Source of the DNA: a virus
Length of the DNA stretch: 64,000 nucleotides
Direction: 5' to 3' (one strand)
IMG/VR virus record: IMGVR_UViG_3300046170_000470
The notes below the pieces were generated by a model. The model was not told where the DNA came from, ran no database searches, and saw only the letters and a program-made list of their open reading frames with translations. The number at the start of each line of letters is the position of its first letter. Position 1 is the stretch's first letter. Positions 27,718 to 38,236 of this stretch are shown here, one piece after another. The position numbers and the translations under genes are program-made.

Positions 27718-28593
27718 AAAAAGCAGATCAATTATTTAAGGAATTAATCAATGAAAATTATATTGACCTTAAACCTATTAATAAAATAGAAGCTACACCT
27801 AAAACAAATTTTGAAAATAAATTTGCTGAATTTTTAGCTGAAGAAGCTAAAGTTGAAGAAAAAAAGGTAACTAAAGAAGTTGAAGAAGTAGCTGAAAGTA
27901 ATTTTGATTATAAAGATGTTAAAAATTTAGATAACCAAATTGGTCAAGAAGTATTAAATGGTATTTACTTTGAAGCAAAACAAAACCCAGATAAATCATT
28001 AGAAGAAATTAGAGAAATAGTATCTAAAAACTTAGCTAAGGATGGACAACATTATATGAATAATGCTATGTTTGGTATCGATGGTTTAAAGGCTGAAACA
28101 ATGAAATGTGAAGAAGTTTCAGGTAAACATGCTGCTAGTGGGATATTCTGATAAAGTTAAAGAAGTAGTAAAAGAATCTTTAATGGGTGGAACAACAAAC
28201 ATTGTTAAAGAAGAAGAAGAAGAAAAAGAAGCCCCAAAACCTAAAAAAGCTAAAAAAGTTAAAAAAGAATCAATTGACACTAAGCTAGCTGAAATTGGTA
28301 AAGAAGCAGAAGCTGTAAAATTAGAAGCTCAATTAGACTTTTTACATGATCATATTGCTGAAAAATTAGAAAGAGTTAATTCAATTAATGAAGATGAAAA
28401 TCTTAAAGAATTAATTGATAAAGCTAAAATGAAGCAAATGCAAAAAGAAATTAAAGAGCTAGAAAAGAAAAAAGCCAAAATGGAAAAAATCTATGAAAAA
28501 TCTTGTGGTAGAAAATACCAAAAAGAAGAAATTGTAGATGAAATGGAAGTTAACGGAGTTGAAGTAGAAGAAGTATCTTTGGACCATGAATAG
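27714..28593 (+). CDS. Putative prohead core protein; +1 indel near 28141
   Basis: ORFs 27714 and 28108 join (...AASGYSDKVKE...); charged, many x-x-E sites; immediately upstream of the protease. Confidence 0.6.
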
Positions 28594-29191
28594 ATCTCTA
28601 TTAATAGAAACTCATACTTTTAAGGCAAACCCAATTCAATTAACAGAGAATGTTAATTCAGAAAATGGGAATATGCTTGTAGAAGGTGTTTTAGCTACTG
28701 CCGAAGTAAAAAACGGCAATGGTAGATATTATTCTAAAGAATTATGGGAACGTGAAATGGATAAATATTCCCAACTTGTAAAAGAAAGACGTTCAATAGG
28801 TGAATTAGACCACCCAGAATCATCAGTTATAAATTTACAAAACGTATCACATATTATTTCAGAATATTGGTGGGATGGAGATAATGTAATGGGTAAAATA
28901 GAAATTTTACCTACTCCTTCAGGAAATATACTTAAAGAAATTATTAAAGCAGGTGTAACAGTAGGTGTTTCATCTCGTGGTATGGGATCGTTAGAGCAAA
29001 ACGGTAATGTAATGGAAGTACAAGATGACTTTGAATTATTATGTTGGGATTTTGTTTCAACACCTTCTAACCCAGGCTCTTATATGCATACCTTAAATGA
29101 AAGTAAAGGAGCCATTACTTATGACTATACTAATATAAACAATATCGTACGAGAAATTCTTTGTTCTAAAGGTTCTTGTCCCGTTTGTTAA
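28586..29191 (+). CDS. Prohead core maturation protease (T4 gp21-like)
   Basis: NGNGRYY, GELDHP, VSH, GVSSRGMGS, DFVSTPS. Confidence 0.95.
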   Translation: MNRSLLIETHTFKANPIQLTENVNSENGNMLVEGVLATAEVKNGNGRYYSKELWEREMDKYSQLVKERRSIGELDHPESSVINLQNVSHIISEYWWDGDNVMGKIEILPTPSGNILKEIIKAGVTVGVSSRGMGSLEQNGNVMEVQDDFELLCWDFVSTPSNPGSYMHTLNESKGAITYDYTNINNIVREILCSKGSCPVC

Positions 29192-29219
29192 CCCCTCTAA
29201 ATTTAACCAATTTAGACCT

Positions 29220-29242
29220 AAGCCTTCTTTTTGAAGGCTTTT
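29220..29242 (+). terminator. Intrinsic terminator after protease
   Basis: aagccttc-N5-gaaggctt followed by T-rich sequence. Confidence 0.65.
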
Positions 29243-29367
29243 ATATTTTCTAAAATACTCATATACGTATAACCGTAATACACCATCTCTTATATGGTGT
29301 CGATAAATAAATAAATCCCTATTACGGTTCCTAATAACCGTATTTCACAAATTTAAATTTTGCGATT

Positions 29368-30561
29368 ATGTCAAACAACAGAGATTTGCTCAAAGAAGCA
29401 ATTGCTGATGCTAAAGCGGTAAAAGAAACTGCCATAGCAAACGCTAAAGCTGCTTTAGAAGAAGCATTTACTCCTCATTTGAAATCTATGTTAGCCGCTA
29501 AATTGGAAGGAATGGACAAAGACGAAGACATCGACGAAGGATACGATAAGTATGAAGAAGATGACGTTAAAGAAGAAGTTTCTGACTGAATTAGATGAAG
29601 CTAAAAAGAAGACAAAGAAGAAGTAAAGGAAGCTGAAGAAGTAGAAGAAGCTAAAAAAGAAGAGGTTGATGAAGAAATCAATCTTGACGAATTACTTGCA
29701 GAACTTAATGAAGACGAAAAGGTAACTGAATCTGAAGAAATCGAAGAAGCTAAAGAAGAAATCGACGAAGCTAAGGAAGAAATTGACGAAGCTAAAGAAG
29801 AAATCGACGAAGCAAAAGATGACAAAGAAGAAGTTAAAGAATCAGAAGAAATTGAAGAATCTGAAGAAATTGAAGAATCAGAAGAAGTAACTGAAGCCGA
29901 AGAGGACGAAGCCGAAGAAGGTGAAGCCGAAGAAGGTGAAGGTGAAATGGAAGAGGAAGAAATTGATTTAGAAGATATGTCTGAAGATGACCTTAAAGGC
30001 TTTATTGAGGATGTAATTAAGGACATGGTACAAGCTGGTGAATTAGAAGCTGGAGAAGAAATGGAAATGGATGGCGAAGAGTCAGAAATGGATATGGATA
30101 TCGAAGTTGAAGATGAAGCAGAAATGCCAATGATGGAAGAAAAAAAGGAAGAAGTAGAAGAAGCTAAAAAAGAAGACAAAGAAAAAGTAGATGAAAGTGA
30201 AGAACTTACAACTGCATTATCTGAAGTTGAGGAACTTAAAAAGGAACTTAACGAAGTTAACTTACTAAACGCTAAATTACTTTATACTAATAAAATCTTC
30301 AAATCAAAGAATTTGTCTGAAGACAAAAAAGTTAAAGTGTTGAAAGCTTTTGATAAAGCTGAAACCGTAAAAGAAGCTAAAGTTATTTTTGAAACATTAA
30401 ACGAAGGTATCTCATCTAAAATGACAAAACCATCAATTAATGAAGTAAAAGGTAGTGCTTCAAAAGCTGCAGGAATAGCTCCTAAAGCAAAACAGCCAAT
30501 CGTTGAAAATGCTGCATTTGCACGTATGCAACGTTTAGCTGGAATTATTAAAGAAAATTAA
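29368..30561 (+). CDS. Prohead scaffold/core protein (T4 gp22-like); compensating +1/-1 indels at ~29584-29608
   Basis: LLKEAIADAKAVKETAIANAKAALEE...LNEVNLLNAKLLY...RMQRLAGI; very acidic; lies between protease and MCP. Confidence 0.85.
29734..29892 (+). repeat. Coding tandem repeats: 4 x 21 bp (EEI[D/E]EAK) and ~3 x 18 bp (ESEEIE)
   Basis: gaagaaatcgacgaagctaaa units at 29734-29817; gaatcagaagaaattgaa units from 29839. Confidence 0.85.
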
Positions 30562-30587
30562 TTTAACCCTATTAAAAACTTAAAATC

Positions 30588-32181
30588 ATGAGTTTACAAA
30601 CTTTATTAGAAAGTGCAAACCCATATCATTCAGTACAGAGTGATGCTGCTCGCTTAGCGACAAAATGGGAAAAAACAGGTTTGTTAGAAGGTTTAAAAGG
30701 TAGTACCAAAAATAACATGGGTATTATCCTTGAAAACCAAGCTAAACAACTTGTAGTAGAAAGCTCTCAAACAGGTGGAGGTGTCGGAAATGGCGGTACT
30801 TTCAGTGTTGGACAAGGTGAGCAATGGGCTGGTGTAGCTCTTCCGTTAGTACGTAAAGTATTCGGACAGATGGCCGCTCAAGAATTTGTATCAGTACAAC
30901 CAATGAACCTACCTTCAGGTTTAGTATTTTTCTTAGATTTCCAATATGGAGAGACTAAAGGAGGATTTGGCGAAGGTAAATCATTATATGGTGATACATC
31001 ATCATTTGCTTCTAACGACACTTCAGGTGGTCTTTATGGCGCTGGTCGTTTCGGATATTCAATCAACAACACATCTTCTGCTGTAACAGCTGTTACTTCA
31101 TCTGCAGGATGGCATGACTTAGGATATGATTCAGATTATTCAGCTTCTGCTGCTGCTGGAGACTACGTAAAAGTAGCTGTAGCTAAATCTGATCTTCCTG
31201 CTTTAGACGAAGCTGGTATAAGAGGATTCTCTTTAGATGTTGATTCATTACCTGCATTTGCAAAAGCAGATGGAAGTGATGTAGTATTTATTGTTGAAGC
31301 TGCTAATGCTTCTGTAGATAATAGCTATACTGTTGATTACCAACTACAACCACGTGATAACGCAAGAGGTGATTTCGAAGATGGAAACAACTCATTAAAT
31401 GGAGAAAATACCCCAATTTCTATCCCAGAAATTAACGTACAGATGAAATCATCTGCTATCGTAGCTAAAACACGTAAGTTAAAAGCTGTATGGACTCCTG
31501 AGTTCGCACAAGACTTGAACGCTTACCATTCTCTAGACGCTGAAGCTGAATTGACTTCTATCTTAAGTGAATACATTTCATTAGAAATCGATCTTGAGAT
31601 CTTAGATATGTTAATGGAAGGTGCTTCTGCTGGTACTGAAGTATGGTCTGCTGTAAACAACAGACGTTTAGTATCTGAAGATAACTTTGCTTCTGACCTA
31701 GGATTCTTTAACAGCCAAGGACAGTGGGTTCCAAACTTTAGGAACTAAAGTACAAAAGTTAAGCAACGTAATCCACCAAAGAACATTACGTGGTGGTGCT
31801 AACTTTATGGTAATTTCTCCAAAAGTATCTACAATCTTAGAAGCTATCCCAGGATTTGCTGCTGACGTAGATGGTGATGTAGAAAAAGCATCTTATGCCA
31901 TTCGGTGTACAGAAGATCGGAGCAATGGGGTGGTGGAAAAGTTAAGGTATACAAAAACCCTTACATGACTGAAAACCAAATCTTATTAGGATTTAGAGGG
32001 TACTCAGTTCTTAGAAAGTGGTGCTGTATTTGCTCCTTATATTCCATTAATCATGACTCCTCTAGTATACGATCCAGACACTTTCACACCAAGAAAAGGT
32101 CTATTAACTCGTTACGCTAAGAAAATGGTTCGTCCAGAATTCTACGGAACAATCAAAATTGAAGGATTAGATACTCTATAG
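30588..32181 (+). CDS. Major capsid protein (T4 gp23-like); three +1 indels (~31726, ~31899, ~31998)
   Basis: KWEKTGLLEG, ENQ, VQPMNLPSGLVF, AKTRKLKAVWTPEFAQDL; shifted frames give APYIPL and TRY; ends TAG 32179-32181. Confidence 0.95.
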
Positions 32182-32210
32182 TAGATATTTAACCTAATAT
32201 TTAATAAATT

Positions 32211-32236
32211 AACCCGGCCTTGTGCCGGGTTTTTTA
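32211..32236 (+). terminator. Intrinsic terminator after MCP
   Basis: aacccggc-cttgt-gccgggtt followed by T-run. Confidence 0.9.
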
Positions 32237-32375
32237 TTTTTCATATGTATAATAAAATGCGTTATATCAAAACTATATTTATCTCATTATATAGCTATAT
32301 TAATAATTTACTGTTTTTTAACGTATTTACTCCGGTTTTATTCAATTTATGTGTAATCCCTAATTCCAAGAATTT

Positions 32376-33116
32376 ATGGCAAGTAAACCCCATACGGACG
32401 ATGTATATCGCCCTAAGAGAATTCCTAAAAACCCAATTAAGTTCAAACTCCAACTTAATGCCGAACAAAAAGAAGCAAAAGCAGTTATACTTGAAAACAC
32501 AGTCACCTTATTAGCAGGTGGAGCTGGGAGTGGTAAAACACTTTTAGCATGTAATGTCGCCCTAGACGGTTTATTACGTAGGCAATATGATAAAATCATA
32601 ATTACCAGGACCTACAGTATCAAAAGAAGAAATAGGTTTTCCTCCCAGGAGACTTAAGAGAAAAAATGGACCCCTGGGTTCAACCTATCTATCAAAATTT
32701 CTTTCAATTATATGATAAAATTAAAATAGAAAAACTAATTGAAGATGGTAAAATAGAAATTGTACCTGTATCCTTTATGAGGGGTAGAACATTTTTAGAC
32801 TCAATGATAATTGTTGATGAGGCACAAAACGTTACCCATGAACAAATGGAAATGATTACTTCACGTTTAGGTTTAAGAAGTAAAATGATGATATGTGGTG
32901 ACCAACATCAAACAGATCCTAAAGAAAAAATCAGATTCTGGTTTTAAATTTTTATACTCTGCTGCAAGAAAAATAAAAAACTTAGAAGCAATTACTTTAA
33001 CTACTAACCATAGAGATTCTATTGTGGAAGATTTATTGCAATACTATCAAGAGGCAATAAAAAATGGAATGTCAATATCCACATCAGGTTCCTATATTTA
33101 TAATAATAAAAATTAA
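32376..33116 (+). CDS. phoH: PhoH-like ATPase; three +1 indels
   Basis: GGAGSGKT, IGFLPG, FMRGRTF, IVDEAQN, GDQHQTD. Confidence 0.92.
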
Positions 33117-33142
33117 TTTAATATTTATAACAAAAATTAAGT

Positions 33143-34291
33143 ATGGCTAATATCCCCATATATGATGGTAGTCCTGTTTGGTCCTCGGGTTTAACACCTT
33201 TTGGATTTTATGATAGTGAACCTCAATTCCAAACCGATGCTGTTAAAGTAGCAAAATTTTGTGCCCAACGTTTAGGGTATCCTTTAACTGATGTAGAACT
33301 CCAAGACATGAGTTTCTTCACGGCATTTGAAGAAGCAGTTACTATTTATGGTAATGAATTATATGCTCATATCATTAGAGATAACCAATTATCTTTAGAA
33401 GGATTATCAACTGGTAGTAATTTAAACACAAGTACTATTCTCCCCAAGCTTTGAACCTATTGTAAGATTAACAGAACAGTATGGTGCTGAAGCAGGGAGT
33501 GGAGGAAATGTACCTCATTACACTGGTTCATTTATAATGACAGGAAGCCAACAAGATTATGATTTAGCTCAATGGGCAGTAGATAATGATATTACTAGTA
33601 GCATTGAAATTAAAAAAGTATTTTATCAAGCATCTCCTGCAATTACAAGGTATTATGATCCTTATGTAGGAACAGGGTTTGGATCACAAAATATGTTTGA
33701 TAGTTTTGGGTTTGGAAGCATGAGCCCTGCTATTAACTTCTTAATGATGCCCCTAAATTTTGATTTAGCGGCAATTCAAGCAATCGAATTAAACGACCAG
33801 GTACGTAGATCTCAATATAGTTTTGAATTAAAAAACAATAAACTAAGAATATTTCCAATCCCAGCTTCGGGAGGTGGTAATTATTGGTTTGAATATATTT
33901 TAAGAGAAGAAAGAATACAAAGTAGGTATTACAGACACTCCTGGAAATGTCACCAATGTATCTAATGCCCCTTATAATAACCCAACATATGCTAGTATTA
34001 ACAGTGTAGGAAGACAATGGATATTTGAGTATACTTTAGCATTAGCTAAAGAGATGTTAGGGATATGTAAGAGGAAAATATGGTACTATACCTATTCCTA
34101 ATGCTGATGTAACCTTAAACCAATCAGATTTAATTGCGGCAGCTACAGCAGAAAAAACTGCTTTAGTAGAAAAATTAAGAGGATACTTTGATCAAACTTC
34201 CCGTAAATCTTTACTAGAAAGAAGATCACAAGAAGCAGAATTTAAACAAACGGAACTACAACAAGTACCGTATACAATATATGTAGGATAA
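33143..34291 (+). CDS. Neck/head-completion protein (T4 gp13-like); three +1 indels
   Basis: RLGYPLTDVEL...WIFEYTLALAKEMLG..RGKY; late motifs at 33094 and 33121. Confidence 0.8.
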
Positions 34292-34292
34292 T

Positions 34293-34823
34293 ATGGCAAT
34301 GTTTGGTCGTTCACGTGATGTGAGTTTAATAAGAGGATTAAATAGAGAGTTATTACATGATATTATAACTCAACAAGCCGCTATTTATAAATTTAAACTA
34401 GAAGAAACTGGTGTAAATATTTATGGTGAAGCTGCTGGAGAAAAATATTATGATGGTCCTTTTTTATTTAACTGTTTAATTAATAGAGAAGATCAACAAT
34501 ATACTGAAACCGATGAAGGAGTTGGATTTGGACAAGGAATTGAATTTGCCTTCTTTAGAGATGATTTAGTAGATGCTAATGTAGTCCCTGAAGTAGGAGA
34601 TATTGTTTTATACCAAAAAAATTATTATGGGGTAGATTCTACAATATCAAATGAATATTTTGTAGGTAAAAACCCAGACTATCCTAATAATAGCTCTGAT
34701 GGAACACCCAACCCATTAAATCCAGGGTTAGAAAATTTTGGTACTAACTTATCTATTATAATTAAAACTCATAAAATACCAAATGATAAAGTAGCGATTT
34801 CACCATATAAAGAAAGATTTTAA
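34293..34823 (+). CDS. Neck protein (T4 gp14-like)
   Basis: NIYGEA, PEVGDIV; position after gp13-like gene. Confidence 0.7.
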   Translation: MAMFGRSRDVSLIRGLNRELLHDIITQQAAIYKFKLEETGVNIYGEAAGEKYYDGPFLFNCLINREDQQYTETDEGVGFGQGIEFAFFRDDLVDANVVPEVGDIVLYQKNYYGVDSTISNEYFVGKNPDYPNNSSDGTPNPLNPGLENFGTNLSIIIKTHKIPNDKVAISPYKERF

Positions 34824-35701
34824 TGCCTAACTTTAAACCATATCCAAAAAAACAAGTAGAGATTAGTAAAGGATTGCAAACAGCATTTGATACTAAAAGG
34901 GGAAATCCTAATAAAGAAATAAACCCTAATAAATCTCAAACGGGAATTGAGTTCAATAGATCAGCTAAAATAAGTCAAAAAGGTGAAACATCAAAAACTT
35001 ATTCTGTAGGTATTAAAGATATTGATGAAGCTGTTTTTTATTATTTTAATAATGTAATTCAACCTTTTGTATTCCAAAATGGAGAAAGAAGAGCAGTACC
35101 CATAATATATGGTAATCCTGAAAGGTGGAAATCATATCAAAGGGATGGTTATTATAGAGATAAAGGTGGGTCTGTAATGTTACCTATTATAGTAATTAAA
35201 AGGAATACTATTGCAAAAGATAGAAGTACATACAATAAATTAGATTCTAATTCCCCTAATTTATATGGTACCTTCCAAAAGGATTTCAACCCAAAAAATA
35301 TATATAATAATTTTAATTTACTAAATAATAGAGTTCCTACTAAACAATTTAATACTGTAGTAGTCCCTGATTATCTAGATATTACATATAGTTGTATTGT
35401 TCAAACTTATTATATGGAACAACTAAATAAAATAATTGAATCAGTAGAATACGCTTCAGATTCATATTGGGGTAACCCTGAAAGATTTAAATTTAATGCT
35501 AGAGTAAATTCCTTTTCTACTGCTGCTGAAATTACTGCAGGTCAGGATAGATTAGTTAAAAGTAATTTTGATATTAACTTAAGGGGTTATATCGTACCCG
35601 ATGTAATGCAAAAAGATTTAAATGCAATTAAAAAATTAAATTCTAAATCTAAAATTACAATTTCAACAGAAACTACAGGAAATATTAATGATATTCCGTG
35701 A
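34823..35701 (+). CDS. Tail sheath stabiliser/terminator (T4 gp15-like)
   Basis: VPIIYG-x-x-ERW, P-x-Y-x-x-I-x-Y, QLNKIIE; synteny. Confidence 0.7.
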   Translation: MPNFKPYPKKQVEISKGLQTAFDTKRGNPNKEINPNKSQTGIEFNRSAKISQKGETSKTYSVGIKDIDEAVFYYFNNVIQPFVFQNGERRAVPIIYGNPERWKSYQRDGYYRDKGGSVMLPIIVIKRNTIAKDRSTYNKLDSNSPNLYGTFQKDFNPKNIYNNFNLLNNRVPTKQFNTVVVPDYLDITYSCIVQTYYMEQLNKIIESVEYASDSYWGNPERFKFNARVNSFSTAAEITAGQDRLVKSNFDINLRGYIVPDVMQKDLNAIKKLNSKSKITISTETTGNINDIP

Positions 35702-35734
35702 TAATTTAAATTAAAGTTTTTATATTATAGTTTA

Positions 35735-36817
35735 ATGAAAGTTTTATTTATAGCACCACATTTAAGTACAGGGGGAATGCCAGCATTCCTACTAAAACGT
35801 ATTCAAGCACTACAGCAATATACGGATTGGGAGATCCATGTTATAGAATGGAAAAACCTAAGCCCCGACTATATTGTCCAAAAAACACAAATCCAAAAAT
35901 TAGTAGGAGATAACTTTACTTCCTATAATGGGGATTTAGAACAACAAAAAGGTATTGTAGATTATTGTAAAAAAAATAAAATAGATATAATTCATATTGA
36001 AGAGATCCCAGAAGGGTTTGACGGTGGAAATGAATTTAATATTGATATTCAAAAAGAATTATATAAGAAAAAACATCCGTGGAAAGTAGTTGAGACTTGT
36101 CACAATATTTTCTTTAATCCTGATGAAAGTAAAGTTTATGAACCTGATGGGTATGCATGCGTAACGCCTCATCATATTGATACAACTTTTAAAAATAAAA
36201 AAACACCAAAGTCACTAATAACTTTCCCAATTGACCCATCTATCTCTCCTTATGAATCTAAAGAAGAAATATTATCATCTAGAGGATGGTTAACTAAAGG
36301 TGAATTCCATATTGTAAACGTAGGACTATGGACTCCAGGTAAAAATCAGGGGTATGCTGTAAAATTAGCCAAACAATTATGGGAAAAATATCGTTGGACT
36401 TATATTTTTCATTTTGTAGGAAATCAAGCACCTAACTTCTCTCATTATTGGGAACCTATAATGGAGGAAGGTTTACCCCCTAATGTGTTTATTCATGGTG
36501 AACAAGCAGATACTGATTATTATATGAAAATGTCAGATTTAATGTTATTTACTTCAACTTGGGAATGTAATCCTATTGTTTTAAAAGAAGCTATTTCTAA
36601 TAATATTAAAATAATGGCTTTTGATTTAGACCATTATGGAGAAGAATATGTCCCATTTATTATCCCATTAACAGGAAACCAAAATACCGATTACACCAAT
36701 TTAATAGATACCATCCATTCCCCACTTAAATATAATGACTATGATATTGGAAACAATGTTCGTAATTTTGCTAAAAACCATATTAATTTTTATAATTCTT
36801 TATTAGATGAAAAATAA
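35735..36817 (+). CDS. GT4-family glycosyltransferase
   Basis: PHLSTGGMP, VG-x-x-x-x-x-KNQ, ECNPIVLKEA (E-x7-E). Confidence 0.85.
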   Translation: MKVLFIAPHLSTGGMPAFLLKRIQALQQYTDWEIHVIEWKNLSPDYIVQKTQIQKLVGDNFTSYNGDLEQQKGIVDYCKKNKIDIIHIEEIPEGFDGGNEFNIDIQKELYKKKHPWKVVETCHNIFFNPDESKVYEPDGYACVTPHHIDTTFKNKKTPKSLITFPIDPSISPYESKEEILSSRGWLTKGEFHIVNVGLWTPGKNQGYAVKLAKQLWEKYRWTYIFHFVGNQAPNFSHYWEPIMEEGLPPNVFIHGEQADTDYYMKMSDLMLFTSTWECNPIVLKEAISNNIKIMAFDLDHYGEEYVPFIIPLTGNQNTDYTNLIDTIHSPLKYNDYDIGNNVRNFAKNHINFYNSLLDEK

Positions 36818-37895
36818 AATAGAGATTTCTTTTAACTATGGCCCTAAAGTTGAAGTAATAGGAAATAAAAAAAAAGATTATTTTGTAGAATTTATTAATT
36901 CTGAAAGTAATAAAGTAGAATTTTCCTCTACTATAGAAAATAATATGTGGACTAAATGTTCTAAAAGATGGTATATTCCTTGGGATATTAAAGTTAATGG
37001 TAAAATTGTACATAAGTGGGATATAAAAGATAAACATATTAAAATTGTATTAGATTCTAAATCTATAGGAGATACACTAGCATGGGCCCCCCAAGCAGTT
37101 GAATTTGCCCGAAGGTATAATTGTAAAGTTACTCTATCTACCTTTCATAATTCTTGGTTTAAAAATCTTTCAAATTATAAAAACATTAACTTTGTAGAAC
37201 CTAATACAAATGGAAAATATTATGCTTGCTATCAAATAGGATGGTATATCCTAGATGATAAATGGGATGAAGGAAACTATCACCCGACTAAACCAAATAC
37301 AATTCCTTTAATCCAGACTGCTACTGATATTTTAAATATACCTTATAAAGAAGTAAATTATGGTGTTGATTTTACCCCTGGTAAAAAACCTATTAAATCT
37401 AAATACATATGTATCGCTCCCCATTCCACATCAGGTTTAAAAGAATGGCCATACAACTATTGGGAAGAATTAGCTAGAATGTTAAATAATAAAGGATATA
37501 AAGTAGTAGATATATCTTATGAGGACCATAATAAAAAAAACATAATAAATAAACCTAAATTATCGTGGAATAATACCTTTAATTATTTATACCATGCAGA
37601 ATATTTTATAGGGTTAGGTTCAGGTATATCTTGGTTTAATTGGGCTATGAATAAACCTACTTTAATGGTAAATAATTTTTTACCTTATGGGTATGAATTT
37701 ACTCAGGGTCTAACTAAAGTAGAAAATTATTCTGTATGTAACAATTGTTGGGTAAACAGTAATTACCAATTTGATAGGGGAAATTGGGAGTGGTGTCCTA
37801 AAAACGAAAATACCCCACTCCAACATATTTGCCAAAAATCTATCACACCTCAAAAAGTTTTTAATATTTTATCGAATCTATTAAAATTTAAATAA
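36807..37895 (+). CDS. Aah/TibC-like protein O-heptosyltransferase-family glycosyltransferase
   Basis: SKSIGDTLAW, PLIQTATDIL, FIGLGSGISW, C-terminal Cys cluster CNNCW...WCP...C. Confidence 0.75.
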   Translation: MKNKIEISFNYGPKVEVIGNKKKDYFVEFINSESNKVEFSSTIENNMWTKCSKRWYIPWDIKVNGKIVHKWDIKDKHIKIVLDSKSIGDTLAWAPQAVEFARRYNCKVTLSTFHNSWFKNLSNYKNINFVEPNTNGKYYACYQIGWYILDDKWDEGNYHPTKPNTIPLIQTATDILNIPYKEVNYGVDFTPGKKPIKSKYICIAPHSTSGLKEWPYNYWEELARMLNNKGYKVVDISYEDHNKKNIINKPKLSWNNTFNYLYHAEYFIGLGSGISWFNWAMNKPTLMVNNFLPYGYEFTQGLTKVENYSVCNNCWVNSNYQFDRGNWEWCPKNENTPLQHICQKSITPQKVFNILSNLLKFK

Positions 37896-37927
37896 ACTTA
37901 TATATATTTATTATAAAATAAAAATAA

Positions 37928-38179
37928 ATGAAGTTATCTAAAGAAGAGTTGCAAGAATTAAAATCTAATCAACAGGCAAGTAATGATGTTATTTTTACCC
38001 TTGGAGAATTAGAATTACAAAAAACAAGTCTAATTGATCGTTATAGAGAACTAGCATTATCACAAAGTGAATTAGGCGATCAATTATCTAAAAAGTATGG
38101 AGATGGTAAAATAAATTTAAACACTGGAGAAGTTACTTCAACAGATTTTGAAACTTCACCTAATTTAATTCCTTCTTAG
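37928..38179 (+). CDS. Small coiled-coil protein
   Basis: LGELE...KYGDGKINLNTGE. Confidence 0.65.
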   Translation: MKLSKEELQELKSNQQASNDVIFTLGELELQKTSLIDRYRELALSQSELGDQLSKKYGDGKINLNTGEVTSTDFETSPNLIPS

Positions 38180-38236
38180 TTCTTTAAAAAATTTTTTAAT
38201 ATTTATAACAAAATAAAATTAAATTAAACATATAAA

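Noticed and set aside
29581-29610. In-frame TGA/TAA in the scaffold as stop-codon reassignment
   Set aside because: Explained by a +1 then -1 indel pair; TGA and TAG end genes normally elsewhere (gp15-like, MCP)
29734-29892. Tandem repeats as a CRISPR array
   Set aside because: No spacers; units are multiples of 3 and encode acidic scaffold repeats
32245-32514. 89-aa ORF overlapping the phoH start
   Set aside because: Its ATG lies within the late-promoter motif and it overlaps phoH out of frame; more likely untranslated leader
22308-34291. Frameshifts in terminase, MCP, PhoH and neck as programmed recoding or pseudogenes
   Set aside because: Too many, with no shared slippery motif, in essential genes with otherwise intact motifs; consistent with sequencing error
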